Source of the DNA: Geotalea daltonii FRC-32
GTDB lineage: Bacteria > Desulfobacterota > Desulfuromonadia > Geobacterales > Geobacteraceae
Direction of reading: 5' to 3'
Length of the DNA stretch: 32,000 bases
Assembly: GCF_000022265.1 (NCBI RefSeq)
Contig: NC_011979.1
Location: forward strand, 2,190,001 to 2,222,000
The notes beneath the pieces are model-generated. The model saw nothing but the letters and a program-made list of their open reading frames with translations. It did no database searches and was not told the DNA's origin. The translations under genes were made by a program, and so were the position numbers. Of the stretch, positions 27,397 through 32,000 are shown one piece after another; position 1 is the first letter of the stretch; the number at the start of each line of letters is the position of its first letter.

Positions 27397-27912
27397 ATGA
27401 GTGAAGAGCAGAATCCCCAGGTGGTGATGGAAACATCTATGGGAACGGTAAAAATTGAGTTGTTCAAGGACAAGGCGCCCATCTCGGTGCGCAATTTCCT
27501 TTCCTATGTGAAAGACGGCTACTACGACGGCCTCATATTCCATCGTGTCATAAAGACCTTTATGGTCCAGGGGGGTGGCATGGATGCCGACATGCAGCCT
27601 AAAAAAACCAAGTTCGCCATCAAAAACGAAGCCGCCAACGGGGTTTCCAACAAGCGCGGCACCCTGGCCATGGCCAGGACCAGCGTTGTCGACAGCGCCA
27701 CCTCGCAATTTTTCATCAATGTGGTTGATAACCCGTTTCTTGACCACCGGGGCAAATCTCCCGACCTCTTCGGCTATGCCGTTTTCGGCCAGGTGAGCGA
27801 AGGAATGGATGTGGTCGATGCAATCAAGGAAGTCAAGACCGGTTCCAAGGCAGGTCATGGTGACGTGCCGGTGGAGACAGTTTTCATCAACTCCATCAAG
27901 CTGGTCGAGTAG
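27397..27912 (+). CDS. cyclophilin-type peptidyl-prolyl cis-trans isomerase
   Basis: It has [21 protein letters not shown] and SQFFIN motifs. ATG 27397 is preceded by AAAGGAG. No signal peptide is present. Confidence 0.9.
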   Translation: MSEEQNPQVVMETSMGTVKIELFKDKAPISVRNFLSYVKDGYYDGLIFHRVIKTFMVQGGGMDADMQPKKTKFAIKNEAANGVSNKRGTLAMARTSVVDSATSQFFINVVDNPFLDHRGKSPDLFGYAVFGQVSEGMDVVDAIKEVKTGSKAGHGDVPVETVFINSIKLVE

Positions 27913-27931
27913 TTGCATTTACGCACAAAGA

Positions 27932-27965
27932 AAAGGCCGGGGAAGATTCTGCGGCCTTTCCTTTT
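27932..27965 (+). terminator. possible intrinsic terminator after the PPIase gene
   Basis: AAAGGCCG-12 nt-CGGCCTTT forms an 8-bp stem followed by CCTTTT. The loop is long and the T tract is interrupted, so this is only moderately convincing. Confidence 0.45.
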
Positions 27966-27980
27966 GCCTGAAGCCTGCTC

Positions 27981-28070
27981 CCCTGCTCACCCCCCCTCGA
28001 TCCCCCCTATGAAACAGGGAATCACCCCCTGCTCACTCCGTTCGCTTCCCCCCTATGAAATAGGGGGGAC
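27981..28070. repeat. tandem 46-bp direct repeat of a C-run/G-run hairpin element (REP-like)
   Basis: CCCTGCTCAC occurs at 27981 and 28027. TCCCCCCTATGAAA occurs at 28001 and 28047, giving an exact 46-nt offset. The second copy forms a perfect hairpin, CCCCCCTAT-GAA-ATAGGGGGG (28048-28068). The first copy is degenerate. ATCACCCCCT (28021-28030) is shared with the element at 355-393. Confidence 0.6.
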
Positions 28071-28090
28071 TGAGGGGGGTCACATTGCCG

Positions 28091-29407
28091 CTATGGGGCA
28101 GAGGAGATTACCTCTCCCGTTACCTTTTCCCGTTCCACTCCAGTTATCCTCACCAGTTGCTCCGTCTTCAACAGGTCATCATCCCCCTCCATGAAAACCG
28201 GAATATAGTTGCGGGACAGCCCCTTGAGCAGGTCGCCTTCCCGGGTCTGGACAAGTACCTGAAGTTTTTCGCCGATGAAGCTGCGGTAAAAGGATTTTTT
28301 CTTTTCTTCGGACAGCTTGCGCAGGGCCTTGGCCCGCTCCTTGATGACACTGCTGTGGACATGACCTTCCATGGTTGCGGCTGGGGTTCCCGAGCGGGGA
28401 GAAAAGGGGAAAACGTGGAAATAGGCAAGTGGCAGGGATTCCAGGAACCGGTAGCCATCCTGGAATTCATCATCGGTCTCGCCGGGGAAACCGGTGATGA
28501 TATCGGTGCCGATACAGATGGAGGGGAGGTCGGTATCGAGCTTCTCCATTACCGAGCGGAAATCAGCGGTGGAGTAGTTGCGGTTCATGGCCTTGAGCAC
28601 GCGGTCGTGGCCGCTCTGCAGCGGGATATGCAGATGGGGACATACTGTAGCTGATTTGGCAAGGAAGCTGATCAGGGCATCCGAAACCTCGGTGGGTTCC
28701 ACCGAGCCGATGCGGATCCTTTCCACCAGCCGCTCTTTTTCGGCGGCGTTCAATAGGTCGAGCAGCGACAGAGGCGGGTTCAGGTCCAGCCCATAGGCAC
28801 CCAGATGGATTCCGGTAAGGACCACTTCCTTAAAGCCGCGCTCGGCAAAGGTCCGGATACCGGCTAAAGCTTCTTCCAACGAGACGCTTCGGCTTCTGCC
28901 CCGTGCATAGGGGACGATACAGTAGGAACAGAAGGCATCGCAGCCGTTCTGCACCTGGAGAAAGGCCCTGGTATGCTCGGCGAAGCTCTCCAGTCGTGTC
29001 CCCCGTTCATTCAGTTCACGGGAGATGTCTGACACCAGCACCCGCTGGTTTTCGCCAAGATCCTTGAGCATTTCGGCAATGCCTTTTTTTTCGCTGTTGC
29101 CGAGGATGAGATTGACCCCCGGCATGTCCTGCAGTTCTTCGAAGGCGACCTGGGCGTAACAGCCGGTGACGACGATCTTTGCCGAGGGATTCTGCCGTGA
29201 TGCGCGGCGGATGAGGCGGCGGGATTCGGCGTCGGTTTTGGAGGTGACGGTGCAGGTATTGATGACGTAGATATCTGCAGCACCATCAAAGGGGACAATG
29301 GAGAAGCCTTCCTTGCCCAACGTTTCGGCCATGGCGGCCGATTCGAACTGGTTTATCTTGCAGCCGAGCGTGGTTATGGCCACCGTCTGTTTTTGTTTAT
29401 TCACCAT
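28091..29407 (-). CDS. mtaB: tRNA methylthiotransferase of the MiaB/MtaB family (most like MtaB, ms2t6A37 synthesis)
   Basis: 438 aa. The N-terminal UPF0004 domain has LGCKINQFES. The radical SAM motif is CDAFCSYC. A C-terminal TRAM-like domain is present. Confidence 0.85.
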   Translation of the reverse strand: MVNKQKQTVAITTLGCKINQFESAAMAETLGKEGFSIVPFDGAADIYVINTCTVTSKTDAESRRLIRRASRQNPSAKIVVTGCYAQVAFEELQDMPGVNLILGNSEKKGIAEMLKDLGENQRVLVSDISRELNERGTRLESFAEHTRAFLQVQNGCDAFCSYCIVPYARGRSRSVSLEEALAGIRTFAERGFKEVVLTGIHLGAYGLDLNPPLSLLDLLNAAEKERLVERIRIGSVEPTEVSDALISFLAKSATVCPHLHIPLQSGHDRVLKAMNRNYSTADFRSVMEKLDTDLPSICIGTDIITGFPGETDDEFQDGYRFLESLPLAYFHVFPFSPRSGTPAATMEGHVHSSVIKERAKALRKLSEEKKKSFYRSFIGEKLQVLVQTREGDLLKGLSRNYIPVFMEGDDDLLKTEQLVRITGVEREKVTGEVISSAP

Positions 29408-29460
29408 TCACCATCACCCATCTATTGCTTGTGGTACCGTCTGTTTTTTCCAATCACCAA

Positions 29461-30573
29461 TCACCAACAACCATCAACTGCTTTTTCGATCCAGCCGCCG
29501 CCCAGCACAGTGTCCCCTTCATAAAAAACCACCGCCTGTCCGGGGGTGACCGATTTTTCCCGCTCGGCGAACCTGACCTCCACCCGGCTACATGGCAGCG
29601 GCTTGACCGTGCAGGAGACGGGCTGGTGACGGTACCTGATCTTGCATGTTGCCACGATGGCAGCATCAGGTGCCGGGTTGATCCAGTTGGTGTTGGCCGC
29701 AACAAGGCCATGGCTGAACAGGGCATCCTTCGGCCCTACCACCACCTCTTTTGTTTCGGCGTTCAATTCAAGGACATGGAGCGGCTCGGGATGGGCAATA
29801 CCCAATCCCCGGCGTTGGCCGATGGTATAGCGGTAGGTGCCCCGGTGCCTGCCGAGTATCTTGCCGCTCCGGTCGACGATATTGCCGGAGAGAAGCTCCT
29901 TGCCCCGCTCTTCCTCGATGAAACGTACGTAATCGTTGTCGGGGACGAAGCATATTTCCTGGCTTTCCCCCTTTTCCGCCACCCGCAGATTGTACCTGGC
30001 GGCAAGTGCCCGCACCTGCGTCTTGGTCATTTCCCCCAGGGGGAAAAGGGTCATGGCCAGCTGTTCCTGGGTGAGGGTGAAGAGGAAATATGACTGGTCC
30101 TTGGTCTGGTCTACCCCCTTAAGGAGATGGAAGCGGCCAGTGTCGTCCCGCAGGGTCCTTGCGTAGTGGCCGGTGGCGATAAAATCGGCACCGAGCCCAC
30201 GGGCTTTTTTCAGGAGCAGTTCGAACTTGATCCATTGATTGCAGCGGACGCAGGGATTGGGGGTGCGGCCCTTCAGGTACTCATCGACGAAGTCTTTAAT
30301 GACCAGGTCTTCGAATTCATCCTCGAAATTGACCACATAAAAGGGAATACCCAATTGCTCCGCCACCCGCCTGGCGTCATGGATGTCGTCCAGGGAGCAG
30401 CAGGTATCGAATTTTTCGCCCTCGGCGGCAGCAAATTTGCCATAGTCCCAGACCTGCATGGAAATGCCGATCACTTCAAAGCCCTGCTCCTGGAGAAGGG
30501 CTGCCGAAACCGATGAATCGACGCCACCGCTCATGGCGATGACAACACGTTTTTTGCTCTTTTCTTTATTCAT
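29461..30573 (-). CDS. mnmA: tRNA-specific 2-thiouridylase MnmA
   Basis: 370 aa with the PP-loop motif AMSGGVDSS, a CCS...D motif, conserved catalytic Cys residues and a typical C-terminal barrel. Confidence 0.95.
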   Translation of the reverse strand: MNKEKSKKRVVIAMSGGVDSSVSAALLQEQGFEVIGISMQVWDYGKFAAAEGEKFDTCCSLDDIHDARRVAEQLGIPFYVVNFEDEFEDLVIKDFVDEYLKGRTPNPCVRCNQWIKFELLLKKARGLGADFIATGHYARTLRDDTGRFHLLKGVDQTKDQSYFLFTLTQEQLAMTLFPLGEMTKTQVRALAARYNLRVAEKGESQEICFVPDNDYVRFIEEERGKELLSGNIVDRSGKILGRHRGTYRYTIGQRRGLGIAHPEPLHVLELNAETKEVVVGPKDALFSHGLVAANTNWINPAPDAAIVATCKIRYRHQPVSCTVKPLPCSRVEVRFAEREKSVTPGQAVVFYEGDTVLGGGWIEKAVDGCW

Positions 30574-30588
30574 GGGCCTTATCTGTCT

Positions 30589-31725
30589 CTATTTTTGCTG
30601 AAGCCGCTGCAGGATCTCCGGCAGGACCCCCAGTAAGTAATTTACCTCTTCTTCGGTATTTGTCCTGCCCAGTGAGAAACGAACGGAACCTTTGGCCGAA
30701 GCAGGATCGACCCCCATGGCAGCGAGGACCGGTGATGCCTTGAGGGTTCCTGAGCTGCAGGCGGAACCGGACGAGACGGCGATGCCTTGCAGATCCAGGT
30801 TCAAGAGCAGTGAGTCTGCCTCAAGTCCTGTGAAAGATATGTTGGCAGTGGTCGGCAGGCGGTTTTCACGATGGCCGTTCAGACTTGCCTGTGGAAAGAT
30901 GGCCATGATACCCTCTTCCAGTCGGTCACGCAACTGCTGCACTCTTGCAGCCTCGGAAGACATCTCCTCCCTGGCGATCTGGCATGCTTTGCCCAGAGCG
31001 ACAATCCCTGCGACATTCTCCGTGCCGGCTCGCCGGTTACGCTCCTGGGCGCCGCCGTGGAGCAGGGGATGCAGTTTGATCCCCTTTCTGACCACCAGTG
31101 CACCGATACCTTTGGGGGCGCCAATCTTATGGCCGGAGAGGGATAACAGGCCAATGTCCATGCCACGGCAGTCAACCGGTACCTTGCCCACCGCCTGCAC
31201 GGCATCGCAGTGGAAATAAACTCCGCGTTCCCTGCAGATGGCCCCAATTTCCCGAACAGGGAAAAGGACGCCGGTTTCATTGTTGGCAAACATGGCCGAT
31301 ACAAGAATGGTTTGGTCGCCGATAGCCGACTTCAGCTCCTGCGGGTCCACGAGGCCATCTCTATCGACCGGCAGCCTGGTAATCCGGTATCCCTCATGTT
31401 CCAGATAGTGGCAGCTGTTGAGCACGGCTGGATGTTCAACTGATGTGGTTATGATATGGTTGCCCTTGCTGCGATTGGCGGCGGCGACACCTTTGATTGC
31501 CATGTTGTCCGACTCGGAGCCGCAGGAGGTGAAAATCATCTCGGACGGTGCGCAGCCCACCAGCCCGGCCACCTCTTCACGGGCTTTCTCCACCGCACCC
31601 TTGACCATCCTGCCTGCCCAATGGATGCTGGAAGGATTGCCGAACTGCTCCCGGTAAAAGGGGAGGATCGCCTCAAGAACTTCCGGATGGACCGGAGCTG
31701 TGGCATTGTAATCCATGTAAATCAT
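30589..31725 (-). CDS. cysteine desulfurase (NifS/IscS-like, class V aminotransferase fold)
   Basis: 378 aa with YMDYNATAP at the N-terminus, the PLP lysine in SGHKIGAPKG and the catalytic Cys loop SSGSACSSG. Confidence 0.92.
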   Translation of the reverse strand: MIYMDYNATAPVHPEVLEAILPFYREQFGNPSSIHWAGRMVKGAVEKAREEVAGLVGCAPSEMIFTSCGSESDNMAIKGVAAANRSKGNHIITTSVEHPAVLNSCHYLEHEGYRITRLPVDRDGLVDPQELKSAIGDQTILVSAMFANNETGVLFPVREIGAICRERGVYFHCDAVQAVGKVPVDCRGMDIGLLSLSGHKIGAPKGIGALVVRKGIKLHPLLHGGAQERNRRAGTENVAGIVALGKACQIAREEMSSEAARVQQLRDRLEEGIMAIFPQASLNGHRENRLPTTANISFTGLEADSLLLNLDLQGIAVSSGSACSSGTLKASPVLAAMGVDPASAKGSVRFSLGRTNTEEEVNYLLGVLPEILQRLQQK

Positions 31726-31773
31726 TTTGACCTGTAAATGTGTAGGATTATGAAGGTAATGGCAGGTGGCAAA

Positions 31774-32000
31774 TCAGGCTTCCAGGTTGCGTCGCGCTTC
31801 CTGGGCCAGGTCTTCCAGGGTAATACCATCGAGAAATCCCCGGATTTTTTCCCCCAGCCCTTTCCAGATGTTGTGGGTGACACACTGGGAGATTCGCGAG
31901 CAGCCGGTGCTGCCCTCATCCATGCAGGCCACCGGGCTGAGCGGCTCTTCCACGGTGACGACGATCTCTCCGACTTTGATGAGGGAACTCTCTCTGGCCA
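31774..32000 (-). CDS. Rrf2-family transcriptional regulator, C-terminal fragment (5' end outside the window)
   Basis: This ORF is not in the track because no start codon lies within the window. My translation of the minus strand gives ...IKVGEIVVTVEEPLSPVACMDEGSTGCSRISQCVTHNIWKGLGEKIRGFLDGITLEDLAQEARRNLEA*. The three-Cys cluster spacing is typical of Fe-S-binding Rrf2/IscR-type regulators. The stop is at 31774-31776. Confidence 0.8.
   Translation of the reverse strand, partial: ARESSLIKVGEIVVTVEEPLSPVACMDEGSTGCSRISQCVTHNIWKGLGEKIRGFLDGITLEDLAQEARRNLEA

Noticed and set aside
29382-29449. A 13-nt direct repeat ACCGTCTGTTTTT (29382 and 29437) around the mtaB start, plus short TCACCAT and AATCACC tandem heptamers in the mnmA-mtaB spacer
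   Set aside because: The repeats are short and low-complexity, with no inverted partner or obvious regulatory logic. They are likely chance or a small duplication. They are noted only in case comparative data show conservation.

Overview
This window is a dense chromosomal segment of about 32 genes on both strands. Its content suggests a Geobacter-like metal-reducing deltaproteobacterium (Desulfuromonadota). That taxonomic guess is an inference from a PpcA-type triheme cytochrome c7, a CxxxxCH motif and the overall gene content. No rRNA, tRNA, CRISPR array, transposase or integrase was seen.

Most genes are recognisable housekeeping genes:
- The tail of a 2-oxo acid dehydrogenase operon (E1-beta, E2, lipB).
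- A Lon-like protease, then cheV plus a family 2 glycosyltransferase.
- A cytoplasmic molybdopterin oxidoreductase divergent from a split chromate-transporter pair.
- Two divergent radical SAM genes with a DksA-type zinc finger.
- acyP and ligA, a UvrD/PcrA/Rep helicase, a ferritin-like protein, an exported 2-Cys peroxiredoxin and a cyclophilin.
- An rrf2-cysteine desulfurase-mnmA-mtaB tRNA-thiolation cluster that runs off the right edge.

The stand-out locus is 14.0-20.4 kb. A c7 cytochrome gene is divergent, across an unusually long A/T-rich 420-bp spacer, from a 1719-aa secreted protein. That protein contains 14 tandem 81-aa MBG-type modules, six of them near-identical at the DNA level with a 243-bp period. 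It also has a CxxxxCH motif just after its signal peptide and no recognisable anchor or secretion domain. An orphan ORF follows it.

Secondary points of interest:
- A lower-GC XRE plus ParE/RelE-antitoxin islet wedged between ligA and the helicase.
- A strong terminator hairpin only 30 nt upstream of the helicase TTG start.
- C-run/G-run hairpin repeats at two intergenic sites.
- A Lon-like protease with degenerate Walker motifs.
- A good sigma-28 promoter match upstream of cheV.

All functional calls rest on motif recognition in the supplied translations. No database search was possible.
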